A DNA stretch of 64,000 nt from Fistulifera solaris (taxonomy: Eukaryota). A program made the position numbers and the translations under genes. Position 1 is the first letter of the stretch; every line of letters begins with the position of its first letter. Location: assembly GCA_030295235.1 (NCBI GenBank), contig AP026162.1:248001-312000 (forward strand). The letters run 5' to 3'. The notes beneath the pieces were generated by a model that was given only the letters and a program-made list of their open reading frames with translations, was not told the origin of the DNA and made no database searches. This document shows positions 11,708-24,796 of this stretch, piece by piece.

Positions 11708-13968
11708 ATGCAGGCTCCGCAGCCAATGGACATTGATCCTATAGACGATGGTCCCAGATCATTGTCAAGTCCTAACGGTAATTCATCTGACAGAACAAAT
11801 CATTTTCAGGTGATAACGCTGCCGGCAACGATTTCGAAGGAAGAGGACGCGAGGAAAGCTATTGATATGTTGCGCAGTGAAGACTCGACTGCACGTGTTT
11901 CTGCTGCGCATCGTCTCGACTCGATCGCGTCTGTTCTAGGTCCGGAAAGAACCAGAGATGTAAGCTTCTTTTTTCGCTACACAGTCATGCTCTGTTCATA
12001 TTGTTTTCTTTCTCACATTTGTTATGTTCTCAAGGAGTTGTTGCCATTTGTCACCGATGGAGTGGACGACGAAGATGAGGTACTACTAGCACTGGCATCG
12101 TCATTGGGGAGAATGGTGACTCAGGTTGGAGGCCCGACACAGGCTCATACTCTTCTGCGTCCCTTGGAGTTACTTCTTACTGTAGAAGAAACGCTAGTTC
12201 GGGAAACGGCAACAACGTCCGTTCAATCGATTGCTGACCAGCTGCCGCCTCAATATTTTCAGCATGACTATGCTGATATGCTTCGCCGTTTGGCATTACA
12301 GGAATGGTTCACGGCACGTATTTCTGCCGCGTGTCTAATCGCGACTGCGCACACCCGATTGGTCGACCCGGAACAGCGAAAGGAACACATTGATCTCTTT
12401 GTACGTCTTTGTAATGATGACACGCCGATGGTACGGCGTATCGCGGCTCGACACTTGGGAACAATGTTACAAGCAGTAGTAGAAGCTGATGGGAGAGATG
12501 TGCTCAAACCAGGTGGGATTGCTGTCGAAAAACTAGTTCCTTTGTATGAAACATTTGCTGCCCCAGATCAACCCGACTCGGTGAGGCTACAAACAGCAGA
12601 AAATTGCGTGGCGTTTGGCAATATTATATCGTCGCTAAGCCGTCAACAAGGACGGAGAGAACCGCTGCGTGCACACGAGATTGCGCTTCTGCAGCGCATT
12701 CTTCCGCTCATTGTTGCTACGATTGATGATCGATCATGGCGTGTTCGGTGGACAGCTGCCGCAAAATTTGCTGCAGTGATAACTGCATATGATGATTTAC
12801 CGGACGTTACGGATGTTATGGATACACTCATTCCTGCTTATGAAAAGCTACTTCAAGATCCCGAAGCAGAGGTGCGAACAGCTGCAGCATTGAATTTAGC
12901 AGATGTAGCACGATGTAAAGCTCGTGTGCCGATGGGAAATGCAACTACGTTAAATAGAGCATCCGATAGTACAAACGAAGATACTTCTGGTCCCCGTGTT
13001 ATCGTGGCTGAGCGGTTGGTAAAACGGCTTACCAGTTTAACGGAAGACGACAGCGAGCATGTGCGAGCTGCAGTGGCATTGGTTGCTACCGGCCTTGCTC
13101 CGGTACTAGGCCGCGATGCGACTATTATGCACTTGGTTCCGCCTGTACTATTAATGATACGTGATGCTGCTTCAGAAGTGCGATTGAACCTGATTTCGTC
13201 GTTGGCCGCTTTGAATGAAGTCATCGGAGTTGACCTGCTGTCGCAGTCATTGCTGCCGGCAATTTTGGATCTAGCGCAAGACGGAAAGTGGAGGATTCGT
13301 TTAGCCATCATTGAAAATATCCCTCTGCTAGCCGGGCAACTCGGAAAGGAATTCTTCACAGACAGACTAGCTGGTCTTTGCGTGGACTGGCTTGGTGATG
13401 ATATTGCTACGATTAGAAAAGCAGCTGCGAAGAATCTAGAGGTATGTTCCATTCCCTGGCCTTTCCTTTCTGCTTTAATTGTCTCAGCTCACTTCCCCGT
13501 GTTCCTACTTTTAGGAGTTAACGGCTCTGTTTGGCACAGAGTGGGCACTGGAACATCTTGTTCCTCCCATTCAGGATTTTCTTGGGAGTGAGCTTTACTT
13601 GCGCAGATTAACAGCTTTACAGGCATGCTCTCTGATGGCAACTAAGATGAGCCAAGACTCGGCACGGAATGAAATCCTACCCAAAATCCTAGACATGGCT
13701 TTGGATCGGGTACGTTTTCTGTAATTTTATTTCCTTATCAATCTTACCACGCTAACGTCAATGAGTTTTGCAGGTCGCAAATATTCGTTTCAATGTTGCC
13801 AGGGAGCTTGAACGAATCTCACCGCACTGCGGGGTTTCTACTTATGAATCACAAATTGTCCCTGTGATAACCGTACTTATGAACGACGAGGATCGCGATG
13901 TCCGCTTTTACGCCGAATCAACTGCCACTTCTTTGGAAGAAATGCTGGCTCAAGGTGAACGTTCTTGA
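11708..13968 (+). CDS. PPP2R1A: Protein phosphatase 2A scaffold (A) subunit, HEAT repeats
   Basis: LGPERTR.EL, DDEDEVLLALA, DDTPMVRR, DRSWRVR, VANIRFNVA, DEDRDVRFYA. Introns at 11960-12034, 13442-13514 and 13710-13773. Confidence 0.95.
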
Positions 13969-14185
13969 CGTAATTTTTAAAAAAATGTGAACTTGCAAAT
14001 ATTCTATAAGGCTTCAAAATTATTGTCATATGGTTACATCGATAGGATCGTCAGAGGTGCAGTCACAAACATACATCACATATAAAGGTAATTCTGCGAG
14101 AACCAGCAGGCACTTCAGACAACAAGATCTGAGTTCATTGTGGCAGGGTCAAATGAACTGTCTTTCCTAGACAGCATTGCATGGT

Positions 14186-16503
14186 TTAGAACAACCTGAA
14201 AAACTAGATTGTGATCAGACAGGACCAGAAAGGCACCTACCTTTTCCCAGAAACTAGCGCCGCATCATCGTCAACAATCGGAGCGTCCATTAAATCGAAA
14301 ACTTCATTTGTCGAGAGACGATCAGAATACGTTAACGTGGACGGCCTTTCCACTCCCCCCGAACTTAGATGATAGCTCCCCTAAATCAAGTGCGCTTTCT
14401 AGTTGCACATCACTCTTCAAGAGAAAGTCATCATCAAAAACGTCCAAAGCTAACGCCTCGATGGTGGTCGAGCGTCCTGATTTTAAAAGAGGCTCGGGTC
14501 TCGTCATCAAATCCATGGCGATTTCATCCAGCGTGCTTATCCTTGCCGTCGTCGATATAGGCTTAGGCTTTACCGTCGTTTCTGGTCCTAATGTGCTCTG
14601 CTCAAAGTTGCTGCTCAAAAGGTGCATTTCCTGTTCAAATTGCTCCGGATCCGTTCTCTTCGTAAAACCAGGGATGTACTGCTCTTTGAGACGGTTTGCA
14701 GCCGCACTACTGTCTCGGTTCAAAGCACATCGCTTCACGGAAGGACCCTGCAAACCGGGCTTTGTTTCTAACGTTTCATTCTGATTAGAAGTAGCGCGTT
14801 TCACCAAATCTGGCCTAGGAGCACCGGCTCGTCTTGGATTATCAGTCGATAGGCCTGGTAAAGCAGGAGGACCACCAACGCCATCACCTGAACTGTTCGA
14901 CCAACTTCTTGCAATTTCCTCATCCGCCGGATTTCGAGCGGACCAAGTTGACGCAACCACGGGGTCGACTTCGTAGCGTGGAGAAGGGGGGCCACTACCA
15001 GGTGTACTACCGCGTGAATTCGAAGCACCCTTGTTGTGTGTCTGGGTAGGAGATGGATATTGCATTAGCGAACTCCCACTGTAGTCACGAGCCGGCGCTG
15101 GATAACCGCCTTGAGGAGACTGAGGAGGTCCTCCACTATGATAGGGGTATGGTGGATATCCATTTGGCGGAGGCGGCCCCCAATGCCCGGGATACGCCCA
15201 CGGTCCAGAGTATCCCCTAGATGCTTCGCGAAAGGTTGTATACGGAATCGGATGACCGAGGGACACGTGCGGGAGCGGATTTTGACCTAAACTATGCTCT
15301 CGATCCCAACTAAAACCAGGTAAAGAGCCCCAACTTTCGTACCGACCCCCTGATGCCATGTGCTGATACGCAGCCGGGGGAGGTTGAGGCGGCGGACCTA
15401 CGCTCCCATAGCTTGGGTAACGGTAACCGGGTGGGTAAGCGCCCGGTGGCGGCGGGCCAAAGCTTCCCGTGCTGGTGATTCGCTCTTGTGACACGTCACC
15501 AGTGGATGTACTTCGAAAGGGATCCTGCCAGGAAAATCCTTCCAGCGCAATCTGTTCATTGGGTTTCAAATATTCACGACCAAGAGAATGGTCACGCGCA
15601 AGAACAGCTTTCGACGCGCCGCCTTTCTTTGCTCCATCATGTGACTTTGTTCCCTCCGCAAACTGAGTAGATTTCTCTTGCACTTCGTCTTCATCCGTCT
15701 TCATTATAGCAAAGGAATTTGCAAATTAGTCCGCCGCGAAAAATGGAAAAAACAAGATTGCAAAACACCCACTTACCGAATCGCCTCGTTCCGCAGCTCT
15801 TCGCTCATGCTCGAGATGTTGTCGAATCAGTGGGGCCTTTTCACGTAGCGCTTGACTAGTCTTTTCTCTGGCTTTCTTATCCCCTACATCATTCCATTTC
15901 TTTGTCTTTTCGTCAAATTTGAGAAATCGACCAGGGGGATCTTGATTTCTCCAAATACGGATGATATCCAGGGCCACCAAAGGTTTATCCAGACGTTTGC
16001 TGTTAACATAATCAATTTTGCGATCTTCCACCATCTTACGATACCGCTTGTTACCAAGATGATGATTTGTGCCGCCTGAAATACGAATGAAGAATGACAT
16101 GAGCATTCATTAACCCAACCCAAAAGATAGCATCCAAACAAAAAAATACTGACCCCCACGTCCAAAAAGGACATCATGATCGTGTACCTCGTCAACGTCT
16201 TTTAATGGATAATCTTTCCATCGTTCCTTCCTTTCCTTCTCTTCCTGAAGTCTCGCTTCTTCGTCAACACCGTCGTTCGCGACCGGAGGCTCCCCCTTCA
16301 TTATTTGCCTCTTCCATGTTGTCGTCTGTACTTTCCCCTTTACTCTCGTCAACACTTCCCGCTTCGCCACTCTCCAACGGTTCCCCTTCTTTATCGTCAT
16401 CGCTCAGCTTAGAAGTAACATCGGGTATGATCGCTTGTTCGTCCTCCGCGGTTGTCAACGCATCGTCTTGAATAATCGAATCATCTTGGTTGTTATTCGA
16501 CAT
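14186..16503 (-). CDS. DUF6824-domain protein with Pro/Gly/Tyr-rich tail
   Basis: HDVLFGRGG|GTNHHLGNKRYR...PPGRFL...KAREKTSQALRE. Introns at 16076-16153, ~15699-15776 and probably 14196-14240. Apparent frameshifts at C-runs 16292-16296 and 14355-14360. Confidence 0.8.
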
Positions 16504-17190
16504 GGTGCGACGATGTTGTGCGCGTGCAGGCTATCTGACTCGACAAGAAAAATATGAAATGTTCTGGTCCCAAGAAGTGAGAGATTATCCTTTTGGTCGT
16601 TGCGTTCGAGATAATGTTGGCTTGTAAGTTCGCTCGAGTTCTCCGAACGCAGACCGGAATAAAACGTTTTGTTTTTATTTCAGTCACCCCCGTACGTGCA
16701 GTTTGTACGAAGCTTCCAGTTGACTTGAGAGAACTATCGGTCCGCAGAGCAGTGATCGTGTTTAAAAAACACGGAAGCGGATACTACACATAATCCGAGT
16801 GTGCAGTACCGGTTAGTCATTCTGCTTACGAATAAGAGCGCGCTGAAGTGGTCAAACTTGTCAAGTCGTGCTGAATTTTGATCCGCGAAAAGATACGCCA
16901 CATAACGTCAGGTTAACCGAGTGACTTATGTATTGTATACCGGTACGATGTATATTTACGCCAGTTTCTGTCGTGTTTTGTTGATGGCTTCTTCTGTATC
17001 TATCAAACTGTAGCTAGCAAGACTAGCTTGGTACTCCGAGTCGCAGCCATCAATACCGGTAGGTCGATTGATCAGAATGCATAATCATCGTACCGGTACC
17101 TGTCCGGATCGTCTGTCCGGTGCTTTAACTTCGAATTGTTTTTCCACGGGTCCACGCGTGCTTCAAAAGCATGCGGATATGCGGATGGCT

Positions 17191-17354
17191 AGAGAAATTT
17201 TTCAGAAGCCGGCCTATTTCCGGGTGCTCAAGTTAGCATTTAGGCTGTATAGGGTATAGGGCCCTTCCTCCTACTGTTTGCGATTATAGCAAAGGGCCTA
17301 ATGGCTGGTTTGTTGAAGGTCACCCGGAAATAGGCTGATTTCTGAAAGAATCTC
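17191..17354. mobile_element. Small MITE-like element with ~35-bp imperfect TIRs (possibly Mutator-like)
   Basis: TTTCAGAAGCCGGCCTATTTCCGGGTG pairs with CACCCGGAAATAGGCTGATTTCTGAAA. Flanked by the direct repeat CGGATGGC at 17182-17189 and 17355-17362. Confidence 0.65.
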
Positions 17355-17520
17355 CGGATGGCGATGATGTTGATGATGATGGAGATCGGAGCGACAATAT
17401 CCATCAGTTCGCTTGGTAGTGCAGTGAATAAACAACCTGTTGCCTTAGCTAGCTATCTCATTTGACGCCGTTGTTAAAGCCCCTGAAGAGAAAAGATCAC
17501 AAACCAAATAGCTGGATAGC

Positions 17521-19213
17521 ATGACATCATTCAAGGCAGTTGGCAATTTTTTGATGCTACTTTTGGTCTCGTCGGTTCTCGGACGCAATGGTGCCACAGC
17601 GTGGCAGTCGCCTCTCTCGCGACGCGTTTTCCACCGATCGATGCCTTTTGCATTATCAGCATCGACTGAGTCGTCCACCACCGATGCTGCAGAAGTGAAG
17701 AGCGCAAAGAAGTCGGTTCCTATTACACTCTTGAGCGGCTTTCTAGGTACAGGAAAGACTACGACTCTGAAGCATCTTTTGGAAAATGTGGACGGTGTGA
17801 AAATTGGTGTTATTGTGAATGATGTTGCTTCCGTAAACATTGACGCCAAACTCGTGGCAGGACAAACGATCGACGGAATGGTGGAATTGCAAAACGGATG
17901 CGCATGCTGCAGTCTTGCGGATGAATTGTTCTTCTCCGTAGATAACATGGTCAATGATCGTGAGCTCGACGCTATTGTTGTGGAACTTAGTGGCGTCGCA
18001 GATCCGATGGCAATCAAAAACAATTGGATCATGGCACCGTCCTTTGTGAAAGAGAAAGCGGATGTCGCACGTGTTGTGACAGTGATTGACGCGGCCAGTT
18101 TCGGAACGGATTACATGTCGTGGGATGAAGCACGCGAAAGAAAAGGTTGGCTTACTCCGAACGAGGAAATGTCACCCGAGGGGAACCGCAAAGTTTCGGA
18201 ACTTCTCGCGGAACAAGTCGAAGCAGCGGATATCATCTTACTCAACAAGATTGATCTGGCAGAAAATGAAGAGCAGGTTGCCGTGGCGGAGAAGGTAGCG
18301 AGAGCGTTGAATGACAAGGCGGAAGTTCGCCGCGTGCAGTATGGTGTCATTTCTCCTTCCCTCGTCATCAGTGATGGTTCGGAAAATAAGATGGCTCATG
18401 ATCATGCTCATGATTGCAAAGAACCTGATTGCACAGACAGTAGCCACTCGCATTCACACGATCACGCGTGCGCGGAACCAGACTGCACAGACAGTAGCCA
18501 CTCACATTCGCACGATCACGCTTGCGCTGAACCAGGCTGCACCGACACTAGTCATTCTCATTCCCATGCTCATGATACTGAAACGTGCAATGACCCGACG
18601 TGTACGGAAGACCATTCTCACAGTCACTCGCATACTTCAGTCGACGAGCTTGGTATTGTGAACTTTGTGTACAAAGCGACTCGTCCTTTTGATCCTGTTC
18701 GGCTCATGAATGTTCTGAACAAGTGGCCTGTTCCGGTGAAAGAGACATTGGATCTTAATATTTTAAATGAGGGTTACGAGATCCCTGGCGAGGATGCCGA
18801 TGTCGATTCTCCCTTTGTCGGAGTCTTGCGCAGCAAGGAGCTTTTGCTGGTTTGCACCGAATAAATGGACCGGTGCAAACGAAGATGCCTGGCGCCATGA
18901 CACTGCCATGTTCTGGAGTCATGCCGGAAAAAGTTTTACGTTGAGTTCAGCGGGTAAATGGTGGGGAACATTGGATAAGGAAACAATGAAAAAGTACTTT
19001 GTTTCGAACATGAAAGAGTTTGATCGCATTATCGCGGAAGATTTCCAGACGGAAGAATTCGGTGATCGAAGACAAGAAATCGTTTTCATCGGCGTCAACT
19101 TGGACGAAGAAAAGATTAGGAAAACCATGGACGACTGTTTGCTGTCGGACGATGACATGGAAAAGTACCGCCGAAATCTTCGCAACTACGAAAGTACGCT
19201 TTTCACGAAGTAA
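17521..19213 (+). CDS. CobW/COG0523 (G3E) metal-chaperone GTPase, probably plastid-targeted
   Basis: GFLGTGKTT, GCACC, ELSG and NKID motifs, a His-rich linker, and CobW_C (FGDRRQEIVFIG). One extra base near 18839 interrupts VLRSKGFCW. Confidence 0.92.
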
Positions 19214-19732
19214 GGACAGAGCAAGTCTTAACGTTTGATTGAGCTAATTCTAATAGGCACTACTTTCATTGAATTTGTTCGGGTTTTAGACCCTAAAGCG
19301 TCAACTAGCTTAAGCTGCCGGTCCTTCTTCAGTCGAACGTCGAACGTCGAACCAATGTCTAATCAAAGTTCGGCAACTGGTAAACTGAAATGCATTTTCA
19401 AAATCGAAAGGTACCGTACCCCTGATAGTCTAGCCTACTAGAAACAAAAGCAATAGACTCTAGATTAGGTGTTCCGGGTGCTTGCATGCGAAAGTCGGAG
19501 CGGTATCGCCGTTTTATTCTTCTCGTTTCTTCGCACGCGAAGCAGAATGCACGTCGTTTCGTTCGCACGCGCGTTCATTGATCTGTTTGATTGTGTTCGA
19601 AATCTCCGCTGACCTTACTTTCCCATGCCCGAGCGTGTGTTATACTGAATCTATTCGAATACATAACATATTAATTCACCCAAAGAGAGTCCCTATGAGA
19701 ATTAAAAGCCTACAATATCTTTTTTGAGCAAA

Positions 19733-21759
19733 ATGACAGCAAACGCTAGTTGCAGTGATGTAACGTTTGCTGTCAATGATTGCTTCAATCTCTGCAATGA
19801 TTTGCACGAAGAGTTGGATGGCAGCGGTGAAGCCATTCGCGTCGGAAACTTGACTTTTGTCGAAGGAATCCTAGGAAGAGGTGCTTATGGTACCGTTCGA
19901 CTGGCCGTGCGCGACCGAGATCGTCCACCAGCGCACACGAAAACAACGCAAATAACATCGTCTCGTCGGCTAGGGCGTAGCATATCAGCCCCAGCCGGGA
20001 AGGATATATTTCGATCAAGTTATAATGGACGCTCAGCGAACAGTTCGTCATCACTTTTCCGTGATGATGATAGAATATCGGCTTCGCGAACCAGATCTTT
20101 CGATTTTGATGATGGTTCGGAAGACGAAGACTATGTCGCGGTCAAAATATTTCGGAAATCTCAATTGAAGCGTATGAGGACGATGGAGCGTAACAAAGAG
20201 ACGAATAAAGTGCAAGTGAGGACGGCTTTAGAAAAAGTAGAGCGAGAAATTGCTTTGATGAAGAAACTCTCGCACCCGAATTTGGTCAAGTTCTTTGAGG
20301 CGATCGATTCTCCGGATTCGGGACTGTTATACATGGTTATAGAATACATGCCACTCGGAGAGATCCTCACTTACCAAAACAATGGAACTTTTAGCAGAAG
20401 GGCTCCCCCGACAGGGATAGCCCAGATTCCGGGTATCACGAATGGTCACTTTGATGAACGCCATGCAGCGCTGTATTTTGTGGACATTTTACATGGGCTA
20501 GCTTATCTGCATCATCACCACATTGTGCATAGAGACCTCAAGCCCGAAAACGTGTTGCTAGACTGCCGTGGTGTTGCACGTTTAAGTGATTTTGGAGTTT
20601 CACACATGTTTGATGAAGATGAAACGTTTTGCACTACCGACCACTCGGGTGCTAGCATTAGCAGCAATCACAGCCAGACATCTTCCGCGTCCCTCAGCGT
20701 TGACGACTTGAAAAGGAAAAGTCGTAAAGAGTCTTTTAGCGTGGAGTCGGAATCTGCTTTGAACATGAAGCCGATGGGTAACACTGGATTGATGACAAAA
20801 ACGGAGGGCACTTGGGCGTTCTGGAGTCCAGAGATGTATGGGTGTTCGTCTTTCTCAGGCTATGCCGCCGATATATGGGCAGCAGGAGTCTGTCTTTACA
20901 TTTTTGTGACTGGTAGACTGCCGTTCTATTCCGAAGCCCCGGCGGAACTCATGGATTTGATTAAAGAAGGGACCGTACCCTACGATGATATTGGAATCAC
21001 TGAAGAAATGCTCGATCTTTTGAAGAAGGTTCTCGAAAAAAATCCTTCCAAGCGGGCAGGTGTTGGAGACTGTCTGGGTCATTCTCTATTGGAACGGCCG
21101 CGGAAGGAAAGGATCAAACTTTTATCGATCGAACTTGCTCGTAGTGAGGCAACAAATACAAAAGTTTCTGAAAGCGATATTCGCTCGGTAAGTGACTTTA
21201 GCTGTATTGTCTTATCAGCGCATCCGGATCGCACTCTAATGCCGGCTTGCATCTTCAGGCCTTTCGAATTGTTTCAAAAATGCCAGCAGTCTTATTGCGA
21301 ACAGCAAGTAAGCAACTACAAGCAGGATTTCAAGCAGCCAGGAGCAACTTTTCATTCGATAGGCCAACCACTCCCCGCCGTCGGGGTTTAAGTGTTCCGG
21401 GAGAAGGGGGGAATACCGATAAAGAGAGTGACAATGACAAGCGAATTAATCGTAGTAACTCTTCAAAAGCATCCTCGAGAAAGAAGTCGTTTCAGAGCTT
21501 CTTCAAGTCCCCGGCATCACCACCAAGGACACCTAAGCAACAAATCACACAGAGTTCATCCATTTTTCGTTCAGCAGCGTCAAGTGTTTCTGGGGAATCC
21601 GCTGCAAGCCGAATAAAATCCTTTTCCGTATCGCCAAGCACAGGGACTCAGAAACTTTTAGCGCGAATAGTGGTGGTACTCCGACCAAGTCCTCGGTCCC
21701 CGAACGGCAAAACAAAGTATCGCGAAGCGTCATTTTTCATCGAAAGCAATCGGACATAA
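19733..21759 (+). CDS. Ser/Thr protein kinase (CaMKK/SAK1-like)
   Basis: GRGAYG, VAVK, REIALMKKLSHPNLV, HRDLKPEN, DFG, GTWAFWSPE. Intron 21188-21258. Confidence 0.9.
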
Positions 21760-22450
21760 GTAATATCAGCGGTAGCTGCGACGAAGCGGATGGTTCGGGT
21801 CAAGAGTTTCCGGACTCGAAACCCGTATCGAAGAGGCGTCATCGGTCTAGAGTTCCGGCCGTGATAGAAGATAGTTTGGCTGTCATGTTGGATTCTCAAG
21901 CACACAATAATGATGCTACATATGCCCGCCATTTAACGGATGCCTAATGATCGACAAAAATGATGCCAATGACTATTTTTGAAAGCAGCTCTTTTATTTC
22001 TTTTCCCATCCAGCCTGATGTAGAACCACTGATAAGGCAAAGTATAGACTGCAACAAGTTAACAGCACTAACGATTAAACCATACGATCTATTTCATCAG
22101 CTACTAAGCATTAGTTTCTATTGACACATCCTTCGCATCAGTCTCGGATTAGTCGACTAGACACATGGGAACTGGGTTCTATGCAGTGTACCGACGGGAT
22201 CAGTGTCGATTCATACGACAACAAATGACACTCGCACGTCAACTCGCGATGGACGTCACCTGTTAAAAGGGCATGCACAACAAAATCTTGTTCTTAAAAA
22301 TAATTTACATGAAGCTTTCTTCGGAATGTCTTTTTTATTGCCATGTCGGATCGATGGCGCGACAAGATTCAACACATGCACGTGTACATCGAAATCACAC
22401 GCGAGTATGAGATACAGACCTGGTGTTGCCTCTTTCTTTACCCTGTTATT

Positions 22451-23079
22451 TCACACTTGAAATTGCACTTCGTTGCGAAACGATCTCCCACTCGCCTTGG
22501 CAACTTTATGCGCCTGAAATTTGATCGTCGTGGCACTATCCATTTCCAACGTCTTTTTCCACTTTTCACCCACACGTTCGCACGTGTCCTTGTTAGTCCC
22601 TTTGAGCCACAAGGAGACTCTGGACTCGGATTTGCGCACCGACACGACGGCTCCGACAATTTCGGACCCTGAAGTATAAATGTTTCCCCCAACATGGCCA
22701 TGAGTGTAAATAACCAATACTTGTCGGTTTTCCCTACCCTTGATTCTTTTTTGTTGATTGTTAAAATGAATTTACCTCCGTTGATATTAGCGGGGTCTTC
22801 CCAGGTCGGCTCAACGTTTTCAACAAAGACCGAATAGTTCGACTGCAGCGGCACTTGTGAAGGTGCTTTTATATTATTGTAAATGCTCCAGAATTCTCCC
22901 ACAGTCTTGAAAGTTGCTAACTTTTGCAAACAGTCTTTCCAGTCGCCGCCGACGACCATTTTCGGATTGTCGTACCAGATCGACCACGTTCGATGTAAAT
23001 TCACGTCGCTGGGAATACCTTTGGAAAGAGAACTCTTCGTGTGTTCGGAATCATCCATTTCCTGGTTGACCTGTGTCAT
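22451..23079 (-). CDS. EIF4E: Translation initiation factor eIF4E family
   Basis: H..WSIWYD, TVGEFWSIYNN, VEPTWEDPANINGG, EIVGAVVSVRK...SLW. A one-base frameshift near 22678 joins ORFs 22438-23136 and 22451-22717. Confidence 0.92.
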
Positions 23080-23330
23080 GGCTAGTTTTTGTTTTAAATA
23101 TTTGTTTAACAGTGACCTGGAAGAGCGGTCATGCATTTGCTGGAGGTACGATAGGGAATGAATACATTAGAGAGGGTCTCATATCCCTAAGGAATTTTAC
23201 ACTGTCTGAAACGTCTGCATTTTTCCGTTAATTCGACTTCAAAGTCGAATTATTTTTTGTGTAGGATCCAGTAGTCTAGGTTGAGAACAGACACATCTTC
23301 ACCCCAGGGTTTACCATTCACATGCGTAAA

Positions 23331-23601
23331 AATACCACACTCCCACATGGAATTACCACACCCCCACTTTTTCTGGAGACGTGGAAAACCACTCTCCCAC
23401 ATTTTCTGGAAACGGGGAAAAACCATACACGCCCAGATTATTTTCTAAACACGTGAAAAAACCACACCCCCACATTTTCTGGGTACGTTGAATTACGTAC
23501 TATGTACCACACGCCCACATTACGTGAAAATACTACATACTACTTGTACTCCCCCACATTTTTTTGGAGATGTGAAAGGAAAACACCACATACGCCCAGA
23601 T
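23331..23601. repeat. Degenerate array of ~8 units of a ~33-bp palindromic repeat
   Basis: Units approximate ACCACACNCCCA(C/G)ATTTTCTGGRNACGTGAAAA, starting near 23334, 23355, 23388, 23422, 23461, 23506, 23546 and 23585. Confidence 0.75.
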
Positions 23602-23818
23602 GATTCGTCGTCTTCGTCATACCTGGTAACTGGTAACCTTTCAAAGCACTTTGATATTTGTTTGAGCCGTCGCTTGTACCGTATTTACATAAAACGGGGT
23701 TGTGAGCTTTATTAATCGCTGATTCGACTTGTCTTTCTGGAGTAAAATTTGAAGCGTTACGCCGTGCTTTTGGCTGAGCGGTGCTTTCCACTGTTCGTGC
23801 TGGAATGTCAACGAGTCA

Positions 23819-24586
23819 ATGGGCAGCGAAGAAGTACACAAACGAAAAGGACAAACGGTGAAGCTTGTCAAAACAGTTTTGTTCATTATCACTGTAACGG
23901 CGCTATTCATACAGGGAATTCAAATCTTCAATGATCGACGGAGGAGCAACAAAGACGAGAAGAATGACGAGATCAGCAGCGAGTTTACCCGGTTACGATC
24001 ATTCTCGAAAGAAGATGATAAAGGGCCCCAAGCATTGCCGATTGTTTGGAGTCATTTGCGGACTCTTGACGTTATCACAGAGGTCGACAAGCCGGTTGCG
24101 GGACGTCAACGGCCGAATGCGGGTCGGAGGGAGTTTCGGTTTGTCGTAGGAGCGGGTGACTGGGCCGGAACAGCGACCACACCATCCCATCATCACAAGC
24201 CGTTTTCTGTTCGAATTCCTCTTCACGCTACCGTTGCTTTTCAGAATGTGATGAACAATGCTACCATGTTTCGAGCGATGTATGCGCATGCGGCTGACCC
24301 ACTCCATGATGCACCCGCGATGTATCGACCCTACTTTACACCTCACGACAATACCAAACATCTTATACGGTTTGGCTTCGAAAACAAGAAGGACGACCTG
24401 GAGATTGTATCGGTTTCTCACGAGCATTGTAATATGGACATGTGGCCGGTCCAATGTGGTCACTTCCCTTGGGTGGTGCTGCCACACGGAGCAAGCCTTT
24501 CTTCTGCACCATCTCTTCAATGGATCATCAATACGAATGTGATTGACGATGCTCTGGATACCATCAGTCTTTACATGAGAGGTTAG
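23819..24586 (+). CDS. Orphan protein with one N-terminal hydrophobic anchor
   Basis: Intronless 255-aa ORF with TVLFIITVTALFIQGIQIF near the N-terminus. No recognisable family. Confidence 0.55.
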   Translation: MGSEEVHKRKGQTVKLVKTVLFIITVTALFIQGIQIFNDRRRSNKDEKNDEISSEFTRLRSFSKEDDKGPQALPIVWSHLRTLDVITEVDKPVAGRQRPNAGRREFRFVVGAGDWAGTATTPSHHHKPFSVRIPLHATVAFQNVMNNATMFRAMYAHAADPLHDAPAMYRPYFTPHDNTKHLIRFGFENKKDDLEIVSVSHEHCNMDMWPVQCGHFPWVVLPHGASLSSAPSLQWIINTNVIDDALDTISLYMRG

Positions 24587-24796
24587 TTGCTACTACTACA
24601 TAAACGCCTGCACTGCAATACTCGGAGTAGTATACACCGCTCTCAGATTTCAGAAAAAAATCCAAATTATACAAGATTAAGTTCGTGTTAAATAATCAAA
24701 AACTCGATTTCTGTTCTAGAGGCTAGGATTTGGATTAGCGAAAGAATAATCAACTTACCTATCAGTCGATTGTCACCTTATCTGTGGCGCTGGACG

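Noticed and set aside
23331..23601. CRISPR-like array of ~33-bp palindromic repeats
   Set aside because: Units are nearly contiguous and degenerate, without regular unique spacers.
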